Source of the DNA: a bacterium
GTDB lineage: Bacteria; Ratteibacteria; UBA8468; B48-G9; DTJG01
Direction: 5' to 3'
Assembly (NCBI GenBank): GCA_035392545.1
Contig: DAONMJ010000002.1
Span: 1-50,408 of the forward strand
Length of the DNA stretch: 50,408 bases
In this document: positions 1 to 8,420 of the stretch, piece after piece
Position numbering within the stretch: position 1 is the first letter of the stretch
Layout of the letters: every line of letters begins with the position of its first letter
Position numbers and translations under genes: made by a program
Notes under the pieces: generated by a model
The model's database searches: none
Told to the model about the DNA's origin: nothing
What the model saw: the letters and a program-made list of their open reading frames with translations, nothing else

Positions 1-871
1 TTCTGAGAACAACACTTTCTCCATAAATTCCTGGGAGTGTTGATACACGAAAATCGATGGGCCTTCCACCTATGTCAAGCATTATTCTGCCATCCTGGGG
101 AAGCCGTTTTTCTGCAAGGTCCATCTTTGACATCAGTTTTACACGTGCAATCACTGCTCTTTCAACTCTTTTTGGGGGGCTTACAACTTCATAAAGGACA
201 CCATCAATTCTAAATCTCACCCTGAACTTTTTTTCAAGCGGTTCCAGGTGAATATCGCTCGCCCGTCTTCTCAGCGCTTCAACAAAAATTAAATTCACAA
301 TCTTTACGACAGGGGCCTGAAGCGCAAGGGCTTCTTCGTCTTCGTCAGTTGTAATTTCTTCATCTTCAAGCGTTTCAATCGTGTCTGCGCTTCCAACTTC
401 TTGAAGCATACCTGAGAGGTCTTCAATATCCTGCTGTTCAAAGTATTTTGCTATCAACTGGTCTATTTCATTTGGAAAAGTAACGATAATTTCAATTTCG
501 TAAGGAACATTGAGGTTTTTTTTGAAATAGTCACTGGCTATGATGTTAATGGGGTCATCGGTTACCATAACAAGTTTCTGGTCTTCACGAATCTCCCATG
601 GTATGACTCTGTGCTTTTTTGCAAATGAAGGGGATATGAGACTTATCACATCAGGAGGGATTTCGCGCAAAGGGAGACTTTGCTGAACAATACCGAGCTG
701 GAAAAACAGTGTTGCGGGTACATCTCCAAAAGGCAAAAGCCCCATATTTTGAAATATTTCTTTTAAAGGTCTATCGGTAGTTTCCTGTTCCTGCAGGGCT
801 TTCTCAATTGCCTGTTTGTTCCAGAGTCCTATGTTCTGGATGATTGTTGTAATTTCTTTCTTTGTTGGCAT
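1..871 (-). CDS. GspE/PilB-family secretion / type IV pilus assembly ATPase; N-terminal ~290 aa only, since the gene runs off the window at position 1
   Basis: Absent from the ORF track because it is open at the window edge. My minus-strand translation from ATG 871 reads MPTKKEITTIIQNIGLWNKQAIEKALQEQ ... ASDIHLEPLEKKFRVRFRIDGVLYEVVSPPKRVERAVIARVKLMSKMDLAEKRLPQDGRIMLDIGGRPIDFRVSTLPGIYGESVVLR. This is the canonical block preceding the Walker A motif in GspE/PilB ATPases, after a GspE_N-like domain. Confidence 0.85.
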   Translation of the reverse strand, partial: MPTKKEITTIIQNIGLWNKQAIEKALQEQETTDRPLKEIFQNMGLLPFGDVPATLFFQLGIVQQSLPLREIPPDVISLISPSFAKKHRVIPWEIREDQKLVMVTDDPINIIASDYFKKNLNVPYEIEIIVTFPNEIDQLIAKYFEQQDIEDLSGMLQEVGSADTIETLEDEEITTDEDEEALALQAPVVKIVNLIFVEALRRRASDIHLEPLEKKFRVRFRIDGVLYEVVSPPKRVERAVIARVKLMSKMDLAEKRLPQDGRIMLDIGGRPIDFRVSTLPGIYGESVVLR

Positions 872-879
872 ACAAAAAT

Positions 880-908
880 ACATTACCTCAAAAAGGTTTC
901 TGTGTCAA
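880..908 (-). promoter_or_regulatory. Candidate promoter of the pilB/gspE-like gene: TTGACA (908-903), 17 nt spacer, TAATGT (885-880)
   Basis: Read on the minus strand in the 51-nt argS-pilB gap. The -35 is perfect. The -10 is weak and keeps only T1, A2 and T6. It ends 8 nt before ATG 871 with no Shine-Dalgarno. Confidence 0.35.
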
Positions 909-922
909 GGACAAATTCTATG

Positions 923-2542
923 TTACATTTTTTCTGGTTTGGATATGCCAAGAAGGTCGAGACCGTTTTGCATTACTGTGTGCACACATTGCACCAGTCC
1001 AAGTCGGGCACAGGACAATTTTTTGTTTTCGTCAACTACCCTGAACTTTTGATAATACGAATGAAAGAGTCCTGCAAGGTCAAGGATATAATGGGCGATT
1101 CTCGAAATCTCAAGAGTTCTGGCGGCATATTCGACGACAACAGGAAATGCCTTGAGTTTTTTCAAAATTTCAATCTCCTGACTTTCTTTTAACAATGAAA
1201 AGTCCGCACGCAGAATATCGTTTTCTTTGAATCCCTTTTCTATTCCAAACGCAATGATATGCATGGCTCGGACATAAGCATACTGAATATAGTACACAGG
1301 ATTTTCTTCTGTTTTTTTCTTTGCAAGTTCAAGATCAAAGTCAAGATGACTATCTGCCTTTCTGAAGAGGAAAAAGAATTTTGTTGCATCCGGGCCAACC
1401 TCATCCATTAATTGCCTGAGGGTGATAAACTGGCCTTTTCTTGTGGACATTGAGATTTTTACTTTACCACGGTACAGCGTTGTGAGTTGCACGATAATAA
1501 TCTGGAGTTTTTCAGGGAAAAATCCAAGCGCAGCAACAGCCGCTTTAATTCTTGGAATGTATCCCGCATGGTCTGGTCCCCATAAATTAATCAGAAGATG
1601 GTATCCCCTTTTTATTTTATCTTCATGATAGGCGATGTCAGGCGCAAGATATGTGTACGAACCATCACTTTTTATCAACACCCTGTCTTTGTCATCCCCA
1701 TAAATTGTTGATTTGAACCACAACGCACCTTCGTTTTCATACACAAGAGAATTTTCCTTAAGTTGCTGAATAATTTTTTCGACTTTGCCGCTATCGCGCA
1801 ATTGTTTTTCTGAAAAGTAGTTGTCAAATCTGACATTGAATTGGTCAAGGTCCTGTCGAATCATATTGAGTATTTCTTGTTTGGCAATTTCTTGAAAAAA
1901 ACTGGCATCTTTATTCTCACAGCCGTCAGGTAATTTTTCTGCGATGTCCTTCAGGTATTCTCCAAGGTATCCCTCCTCAGGGATTTCAGCAGATATGCCT
2001 TTCATTTGAAGATAACGACATTTTAAAGAAATTCCAAGAAGCTCCATCTGTCTTCCACAATCATTCAGATAGTATTCTCTGGTCACCTTCCATCCAGAAA
2101 AAGCAAGAATTCTTGCAAGGGACTCTCCGAAGGCTGCCTGTCTTCCATGTGCTATGGTAAGTGGTCCTGTTGGATTGGCGCTGACAAATTCTACAAGTAC
2201 TTTTGTGTTGTTTCCACAGCCAGATTTTCCAAATGTTTGTTTCTTTGTGAGTATCTCATCGATGACTCCGTAAATCAGAGTATCTTTAAGGAAAAAATTC
2301 AAGAAACCATTTTTTTCTTCGATTTTTTCAAAGTGCTTCGTCATCCAGGTGTCCTGCATCACCAGGGAAATTAAATCTTTGATTGAAACGCGATTTGCAG
2401 TTTCCTTTAACTTGAAAAATAAGTTTGTGGAAAAGTCGCCAAATTCTTTTTTTGCTGCAGGAAATACACTGAATTGTTCAAAGTGTAATCCTGCATCTGT
2501 TAAAATCTTTATAAGTTTTTCTTTTATGTCAGAAGAGGTCAT
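923..2542 (-). CDS. argS: Arginine--tRNA ligase
   Basis: 539 aa. Class I HIGH-region variant SANPTGPLTIAHGRQAAFG, MSTRKG (KMSKS equivalent) and a C-terminal DALR anticodon-binding-like region. ATGA overlap with the rbfA stop. Confidence 0.95.
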   Translation of the reverse strand: MTSSDIKEKLIKILTDAGLHFEQFSVFPAAKKEFGDFSTNLFFKLKETANRVSIKDLISLVMQDTWMTKHFEKIEEKNGFLNFFLKDTLIYGVIDEILTKKQTFGKSGCGNNTKVLVEFVSANPTGPLTIAHGRQAAFGESLARILAFSGWKVTREYYLNDCGRQMELLGISLKCRYLQMKGISAEIPEEGYLGEYLKDIAEKLPDGCENKDASFFQEIAKQEILNMIRQDLDQFNVRFDNYFSEKQLRDSGKVEKIIQQLKENSLVYENEGALWFKSTIYGDDKDRVLIKSDGSYTYLAPDIAYHEDKIKRGYHLLINLWGPDHAGYIPRIKAAVAALGFFPEKLQIIIVQLTTLYRGKVKISMSTRKGQFITLRQLMDEVGPDATKFFFLFRKADSHLDFDLELAKKKTEENPVYYIQYAYVRAMHIIAFGIEKGFKENDILRADFSLLKESQEIEILKKLKAFPVVVEYAARTLEISRIAHYILDLAGLFHSYYQKFRVVDENKKLSCARLGLVQCVHTVMQNGLDLLGISKPEKM

Positions 2543-2904
2543 TGTTCTTTTCCTTTGTCTTGTTCAATTTCTTTCAGTATCTCTTCAATTCTATTGCCTG
2601 GATTTTCATCCTTTACAAATTCAACCTCAGGAGTAAATCTGGTTTCAAGTTTCTTGCTTAAAAGATGTCTGATATATCCTGACGCATTGGCGAGTCCTTT
2701 CAGGGATTCTGTCTGTTTTTCTTCATTCCCGAGTGTGCTTACGTAAACTGTCACATGTCTTCTATCTGCGCTTACCCTGATATTTGTGATTGTTACAAAT
2801 CCTATTCTTGGATCAGAAATTTCTTTTTGCAAAATTTCATTGATCTGATGTTTCAGAGTACTGGCAAATTTCAGATTTCTTCTGTTTTGATTTTCAAATG
2901 ACAT
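2539..2904 (-). CDS. rbfA: Ribosome-binding factor A
   Basis: 121 aa. RIGFVTITNIRVSADRRHVTVYVS and TPEVEFVKD are typical RbfA blocks. GGGAG Shine-Dalgarno lies 5 nt upstream of the ATG. Confidence 0.9.
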   Translation of the reverse strand: MSFENQNRRNLKFASTLKHQINEILQKEISDPRIGFVTITNIRVSADRRHVTVYVSTLGNEEKQTESLKGLANASGYIRHLLSKKLETRFTPEVEFVKDENPGNRIEEILKEIEQDKGKEQ

Positions 2905-2916
2905 TGAATCTCCCTG

Positions 2917-2945
2917 TTAACGATTTATTTATTTTATGTTAAAAT
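2917..2945 (+). promoter_or_regulatory. Candidate sigma70-type promoter of ftsK: TTAACG (2917-2922), 17 nt spacer, TGt-TAAAAT (2937-2945)
   Basis: Extended -10 (TG at 2937-38, TAAAAT at 2940-45) ends 7 nt before ATG 2953. No Shine-Dalgarno lies in between (tgaaaag). Confidence 0.45.
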
Positions 2946-2952
2946 TGAAAAG

Positions 2953-5145
2953 ATGGAAAGAAATTTCTCAAGATTCGTGGGTATTATTCTTCTGGGAGTG
3001 ACGATATTTCTCTTTCTGTGCCTGGTTACATACAGTCCTGATGATCCCTGTTTTCAGTTCTGCCAGCTGGGATATCCTGTGAAAGATGTGCCAGCAAATT
3101 TTGGTGGCAACTTTGGCGCAAATATGTCTGCCTTAATGTTTTTTCTTTTCGGATGGGTTGCATACTTATGTGTCATTGCTGTTTTTCTTTACGCCTGGTC
3201 TAAATCCTGGAAAAGGGAGAACTTCACTGTTCTTGAAGGAGCAAGTTGTATAATTTTTATTTTTGTTATCACAGGGCTTGTTGAATCCATAAAAAGGGGT
3301 TTCGGCACATCTGGTTCTTCAGTTTTTCCAGCGGCAGGTATAACCGGTTTATTGATAGGACATGGAGTGGTGTCTTATTTTGGTGATAAGGGAGGATTTT
3401 TCCTTCTTGCGATAACCAGTGCAGGATTACTTGTTGCCTCATCAAGAATTTTCTACGCTCCTTTTGAAAACATAGTTTCTGTTTTTTCAAACATGTGGAG
3501 ACCTGAGTCAGTTTTTGTAATGAAAACAACCGTGAAACAAAAGACGAAGAAAGTACAGCCCGCGAAAATTCCTGACTCAATGGAAAAGGCAACGGATGAG
3601 ACACAAACTCAAAGAACCATCATTCCAGAGCCAAAAGAACCACCTGTAACTGAAATTATTACAATTCAACCACAGGAAAAATCTGTTTTCAAAAAGCAGG
3701 CAACTGTAAAATCTGGGACATATCAATTACCATCTCTTTCGTTGCTTAAAGTAGCAAAATATCCTGAGAAGGAAACAGAAAAAGACCTCAGGGTTTATGC
3801 GCAGGTGATAGAGGAAACCCTCAGTGATTTTGGAATAGAAGGAGAGGTTGTCAATTTCACTCAGGGACCAAGAGTAACCCTGTATGAGGTTCAACCAGCA
3901 CCTGGTATCCCGCTTGTGAAAATCACAAAACTGGCTGACAACATTGCTATGAGTTTGAAAGCAAGTCCTATAAGAATGGTAGCTCCAATACCGGGCAAGT
4001 CAACCATAGGTATTGAGGTGCCTAACAGAGAAATCTCCATTGTGTGTTTGAGAGAAATTCTTGAAAGCAAAGAGTTTCAGAATTCCCCGTCAAAACTTAC
4101 GATGGCAATAGGAAAAAATATTCTTGGCAAACCCGTGATATCTGATTTGAAAATCATGCCACATCTTTTGATTGCAGGGGCAACAGGTTCAGGGAAAACA
4201 GTATGCCTCAATTCACTTATTACAGGTATTCTTTATAAGGCATCGCCTGATGAAGTGAAGTTTTTAATGATTGACCCGAAAAGGGTGGAACTTGTCATTT
4301 ATAATGATATACCACATCTCATTTTGCCGGTCATCACTGATGTCAAGGAGGCAGTCACTTCGCTTAAATGGTTAATTAAAGAAATGGACCGACGCTATCA
4401 TCTTTTTGCAGAAACAAAGGTGAGAAACATTGAAACATACAATCAGGAATCCGAAGAAAAACTTCCGTATATTGTGGTTGTGGTTGACGAACTTGCGGAT
4501 CTGATGCTGATTGCAAGAAACGAGATTGAAAACAGCATCATAAGATTGACGGCTCTTTCACGTGCAGCAGGAATACATTTGATTCTTGCCACACAGAGAC
4601 CATCTGTTAATGTTATTACAGGAATCATCAAGGCGAATCTGCCGTGTAGAATAGCATTTCAGGTATCTTCAAAATTTGATTCTCAGACAATACTTGATTC
4701 AAAGGGAGCTGAAAAACTACTTGGAAGGGGAGATCTTCTTTTTATTCCGCCTGGAAGGTCTCATCCTGTCAGGGCTCAGGGCGGGTTTGTCAGCGATGAA
4801 GAACTGGAATCAATGACAGATTTTCTTAAAGCACAGGGTATGCCAGAGTATAAAATGGAAATTCTTGAACATCAGCCGGAAACCCAGGAAGGTACCGTTG
4901 TTACTGGTTCTTCAGCGGGTAGTGATGATGATGAACTTTATACAAGGGCTGTGAGGATTGTTCTTGAGACAAGAATTGCTTCAATTTCCATGTTACAGAG
5001 AAGGCTTGAAATAGGGTTTAACAGAGCAGCAAGATTGATTGAACGAATGGAAGCAGAGGGTATCGTGGGTCCATACAGGGAAGGTAAGCCACGGGTAATT
5101 CTCAAAGGTGTGGTTCCAAAAGATAATGAGCAGACCAATCCATGA
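2953..5145 (+). CDS. ftsK: DNA translocase FtsK/SpoIIIE
   Basis: 730 aa. N-terminal membrane segments and a linker. Motor domain with Walker A GATGSGKT and Walker B VVVVDELADLM. C-terminal winged-helix gamma domain (SISMLQRRLEIGFNRAARLIERME). Confidence 0.95.
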   Translation: MERNFSRFVGIILLGVTIFLFLCLVTYSPDDPCFQFCQLGYPVKDVPANFGGNFGANMSALMFFLFGWVAYLCVIAVFLYAWSKSWKRENFTVLEGASCIIFIFVITGLVESIKRGFGTSGSSVFPAAGITGLLIGHGVVSYFGDKGGFFLLAITSAGLLVASSRIFYAPFENIVSVFSNMWRPESVFVMKTTVKQKTKKVQPAKIPDSMEKATDETQTQRTIIPEPKEPPVTEIITIQPQEKSVFKKQATVKSGTYQLPSLSLLKVAKYPEKETEKDLRVYAQVIEETLSDFGIEGEVVNFTQGPRVTLYEVQPAPGIPLVKITKLADNIAMSLKASPIRMVAPIPGKSTIGIEVPNREISIVCLREILESKEFQNSPSKLTMAIGKNILGKPVISDLKIMPHLLIAGATGSGKTVCLNSLITGILYKASPDEVKFLMIDPKRVELVIYNDIPHLILPVITDVKEAVTSLKWLIKEMDRRYHLFAETKVRNIETYNQESEEKLPYIVVVVDELADLMLIARNEIENSIIRLTALSRAAGIHLILATQRPSVNVITGIIKANLPCRIAFQVSSKFDSQTILDSKGAEKLLGRGDLLFIPPGRSHPVRAQGGFVSDEELESMTDFLKAQGMPEYKMEILEHQPETQEGTVVTGSSAGSDDDELYTRAVRIVLETRIASISMLQRRLEIGFNRAARLIERMEAEGIVGPYREGKPRVILKGVVPKDNEQTNP

Positions 5146-5788
5146 GATATTGAAAGAAGCCCGATTGGCAGCAGGCATAGATCTTGAGACCGTTTTTGAA
5201 GAGACCTTTATTCCGCTAAAATTCTTGAAAAGCATGGAAAACGGAGAATGGGAAAATTTTCCGTCAAGGGTTCATAGAGATGGTTTTTTGAAAAAATATC
5301 TTGCATACCTTAAATTACCCGAAGATATTATTACTGAATGCACTGAGTTCAGAAAAGAACCCGAAAAGGAAGAAGAGAAAGAAGTTACTGGGCGTGAATT
5401 TTCTTTAGTTCCTTTTGTTATCGTTTTGATGGTGGTGATATTTTTTGTTTCTGCGGGAATTTTTTTGATGAGATTGTCTGGCAGGAAATCAAGAAATGTT
5501 CAATTACCAGAAAAAACCAGCGTTCAATCTGTTGCCAATGAACCTGTCAGCATTACCTTAAAGGCAACAGAGGATGTCTGGTTAAGGGTTGTTTCTGATG
5601 GCGACAGGATAATGGAAAGGGTGTTGAAACCAGGTGAAAATTTTTCTGTGACTGGCAAAGAAATTGCCATAAAACTTGGCAATGCAGGCGGTCTTTTGAT
5701 TGAAAGAAACGGGAAAAGTTATGGGCCTTTTGGAAGATCAGGCCAGATAATGGAGTTGAATATCAATGCGAGCACCAGATTTCCATGA
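5126..5788 (+). CDS. RodZ-like cytoskeleton/shape protein (HTH + TM + DUF4115-type C-terminal domain)
   Basis: N-terminal HTH HEILKEARLAAGIDLETVFEETFIPLKFLKSMENGEWENFPSRVHRDGFLKKY, one TM segment, and a C-terminal VWLRVVSDGDRI...KLGNAGGLLIERNG block. I prefer ATG 5126 over the GTG at 5108 given in the track. Confidence 0.7.
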   Translation: MSRPIHEILKEARLAAGIDLETVFEETFIPLKFLKSMENGEWENFPSRVHRDGFLKKYLAYLKLPEDIITECTEFRKEPEKEEEKEVTGREFSLVPFVIVLMVVIFFVSAGIFLMRLSGRKSRNVQLPEKTSVQSVANEPVSITLKATEDVWLRVVSDGDRIMERVLKPGENFSVTGKEIAIKLGNAGGLLIERNGKSYGPFGRSGQIMELNINASTRFP

Positions 5789-7080
5789 AGAAACTTTGCC
5801 TGATAAGTCTTGGATGTCCTAAAAATACAGTTGATTCTGAAAAAATCATCGGGGTTCTCGGGGATGCTGGTTATGAAATTTCATTAATTCCTGAAGAATC
5901 TGATTTCGTTGTTGTAAATACCTGCGCATTTATCAAACCAGCAATTAATGAGGCAAGGCGGGTGATTTCCACGCTGAAAAGTAGAAAGAAAACATCTGAA
6001 TTCAAACTTGTTGTGACTGGTTGTTTACCTGCCAGAAACTATGATGAGTTGCTTGGAGACAAAGATATTGATGCAGTTATTGGTCCGTATTGTATTGACA
6101 GATTACCTGAGATTTTTTCTAACATTGATTCTGGGGAAAGGGTTTATACGCATACTGATGTTCATATACATCAATATTGTCGTCTGCCGAGGGCTGTTTC
6201 AACATTGCCATACGCATATATCAAAATAACGGAAGGATGCAGCAACCGATGTTCGTATTGCACAATTCCGTTCATCAGAGGACCTCTTTATAGTTTTTCA
6301 GAAAAAGATATTTTGAAAGAAGCAGAATCTCTTTTTGTTTCAGGAGTGAAGGAACTGATCATAGTTGGACATGATATTACTGCCTATGGAAAAGACCGTG
6401 GTAAAGGTAACCTGTGCGGACTGCTCAGAAATATAGTAAAAATAGGGTTTCCGTGGGTCAGGTTAATGTATCTGCATCCTTCAGGGATCAATCAGGAACT
6501 ATTGGAATTGATGGACCAGCATTCGCAAATATGTAAATATCTTGATATTCCGCTTCAACATGTTAATCCTGCGATATTGAAAAAGATGAATAGGCCGGTG
6601 AAGGATTATAGAAAGATGATTGAAGATATCAGACGGGCTATTGGGGATATTACACTTCGTACAACATTGATTGTGGGTTTTCCGGGTGAAACAGAAGCAA
6701 TTTTTCAACAACTTCTTGATTTTATCAGAGAGATGAAGTTTGAAAAACTCGGGGCTTTCATTTATTACCCGGAAAAAGATACCCCGGCATTTTTGATGCC
6801 TGACCAGATACCTGTCAGAGTAAAGGAAGAAAGATATAAAAGGTTGATGGACGTTCAGAAAACAATTAGCAAAGATATTGCAGCATCTTTTTCAGGCAAA
6901 ACGGTTGAGGTTTTGATTGAAAAACAGGGTAAAAAATATCTATCAGGAAGAACAAGGATGGATGCTCCTGATATTGACTGGACTGTGAAAGTTTATGGTC
7001 AGGCGAAACAAGGAGATATTGTTAATGTCAGGATAACAAAAAGTTCTTTTTATTCTCTTGAAGGGATAGTTTCCGAATAG
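5785..7080 (+). CDS. rimO: Ribosomal protein S12 methylthiotransferase RimO (radical SAM MTTase)
   Basis: 431 aa. N-terminal LGCPKNTVDSE, radical-SAM CSNRCSYC, C-terminal TRAM domain. ATGA overlap with the upstream gene. Assignment to RimO rather than MiaB rests on N-terminal similarity only. Confidence 0.8.
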   Translation: MKKLCLISLGCPKNTVDSEKIIGVLGDAGYEISLIPEESDFVVVNTCAFIKPAINEARRVISTLKSRKKTSEFKLVVTGCLPARNYDELLGDKDIDAVIGPYCIDRLPEIFSNIDSGERVYTHTDVHIHQYCRLPRAVSTLPYAYIKITEGCSNRCSYCTIPFIRGPLYSFSEKDILKEAESLFVSGVKELIIVGHDITAYGKDRGKGNLCGLLRNIVKIGFPWVRLMYLHPSGINQELLELMDQHSQICKYLDIPLQHVNPAILKKMNRPVKDYRKMIEDIRRAIGDITLRTTLIVGFPGETEAIFQQLLDFIREMKFEKLGAFIYYPEKDTPAFLMPDQIPVRVKEERYKRLMDVQKTISKDIAASFSGKTVEVLIEKQGKKYLSGRTRMDAPDIDWTVKVYGQAKQGDIVNVRITKSSFYSLEGIVSE

Positions 7081-7143
7081 ATTTTCACATGAGATGATGT
7101 TTTTTGCATTGCATTCAGATTCAACTTCTTTCATGATTGTGAT

Positions 7144-7172
7144 TTGACACTCCATCTTATTACACTTATAAT
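7144..7172 (+). promoter_or_regulatory. Perfect consensus sigma70 promoter: TTGACA (7144-7149), 17 nt spacer, TATAAT (7167-7172), upstream of nusA
   Basis: Both hexamers match consensus exactly at optimal spacing. It lies in the only sizeable plus-strand intergenic gap (7081-7256). Confidence 0.6.
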
Positions 7173-7256
7173 GTAATATCATGAAAACATCCTTCGATTT
7201 CTGCAAAAATCTTTGTATTTTTCGCGTAACAATGATTGATAAAAGGTGATGAAAAA

Positions 7257-8420
7257 ATGAAGAAGGAACTTGTGGCATTACTTGATTACTGGGAAAAGAA
7301 CAAGGGTGTATCCAAGGAATTTCTTATTTCATCCCTTGAAGAGGGGTTGTCTGCTGTTTATAGAAAAAAAGCACTGCTTGAAGAAAACATCAGTGTGAAA
7401 ATTGACCCCGAAACCGGCGATATTAATTTTATTGATGAACAGGGTAATCAGGTTCCTCCGCCTTCTTTTCCATGGGAAAGAATTGCAGCCCAGACAGCAA
7501 AGCAGATTCTTATTCAGAAGATTCGTGAGGCAGAAAAGGCTGCGATATACAATGAGTTTAAGAAACTTGAGAATACCATTGTTACCGGTCGTGTTGAAAG
7601 GTTTGAAACAGGAAATATCGTTGTTGCTATTGGAAGGACTGAAGGATTGCTTCCTCAGAAACATTTACTTCCGCATGATAGATTTCACGTGGGAGACCCT
7701 GTAAGGGGGTTAATCCTGGAAGTTCGCAAACCAAACAAAGGTGTGTATCCAATTATCATGTCCAGAACTGCAACAGATGTTGTTAGAATGTTACTCATGG
7801 ACGAAATTCCAGAAATCAGAGACGGCCTGGTTGTTATAAAGGCGATAGCAAGATTTCCAGGAGATCTGACAAAAGTTGCTGTGGATTCTTCTGATTCGAG
7901 AATAGACCCTGTCGGGACATGTATAGGAGATAAAGCAAGCAGAATAAAAAATATCACGAAGGAACTTGGTGGAGAAAAAATAGAAGTTGTTAGATGGTAT
8001 CCTGACCCGGAAAAATTCACTGCAAGTGCCCTTCTTCCCGCTGTGTGTGAACGTGTGGTTTTTGACAGGGCAAAGAATGAAGCGATGGTCTGGGTGAACA
8101 GGGAGCAATTATTTGTTGCTATTGGAAAGAAGGGGCAAAATGTCAGACTTGCGTGCAAATTGACAGGATGGAATATCATCATTAATAGGTCTGAAGGCGA
8201 GGGCCCTGCAACGTTATTGCTGGGTATCAGTGAGGAACTGGCAGAAAGATTGAGTAAAGCAGGATATGAAACAATTAAGTCCCTGAGTGAGGCGGACAAT
8301 AAAAATCTTTCCAAAAAATTGAACATTTCAGAAGATGAGGCGAAGGAACTTATTGAAAGGGCTGTCAGACATATGCAGGATACACAGCCTGATGGCAAAT
8401 CAAATACTTCGGAGAACTGA
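7257..8420 (+). CDS. nusA: Transcription termination/antitermination factor NusA
   Basis: N-terminal RNAP-binding domain, S1, KH1/KH2 and a C-terminal HhH-type repeat. The AAGGTGA Shine-Dalgarno ends 7 nt before ATG 7257. The track's start at 7236 is an upstream TTG. Confidence 0.95.
   Translation: MKKELVALLDYWEKNKGVSKEFLISSLEEGLSAVYRKKALLEENISVKIDPETGDINFIDEQGNQVPPPSFPWERIAAQTAKQILIQKIREAEKAAIYNEFKKLENTIVTGRVERFETGNIVVAIGRTEGLLPQKHLLPHDRFHVGDPVRGLILEVRKPNKGVYPIIMSRTATDVVRMLLMDEIPEIRDGLVVIKAIARFPGDLTKVAVDSSDSRIDPVGTCIGDKASRIKNITKELGGEKIEVVRWYPDPEKFTASALLPAVCERVVFDRAKNEAMVWVNREQLFVAIGKKGQNVRLACKLTGWNIIINRSEGEGPATLLLGISEELAERLSKAGYETIKSLSEADNKNLSKKLNISEDEAKELIERAVRHMQDTQPDGKSNTSEN

Noticed and set aside
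816-1192. Three overlapping small plus-strand ORFs (60-96 aa) across the argS/pilB junction
   Set aside because: They are antisense to the argS 3' end and the pilB 5' end, mutually overlapping, with no RBS. They are frame artefacts.
2934-2944. TTATGTTAAAA just upstream of ftsK matches 10 of 11 bases of the XerD arm of the E. coli dif site (TTATGTTAAAT)
   Set aside because: No acceptable XerC arm (…ATAA) occurs at the required 6-bp spacing. The upstream sequence is TTAACGATTTA + TTTATT. An AT-rich 11-mer like this is expected by chance, and the same bases are better explained as the ftsK extended -10.
7196-7222. Small hairpin (GATTT-ctgcaa-AAATC) followed by a T-rich run in the nusA leader, as a possible attenuator
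   Set aside because: The stem is only 5 bp with a single G-C pair and the T run is interrupted. That is too weak to call a terminator from sequence alone.
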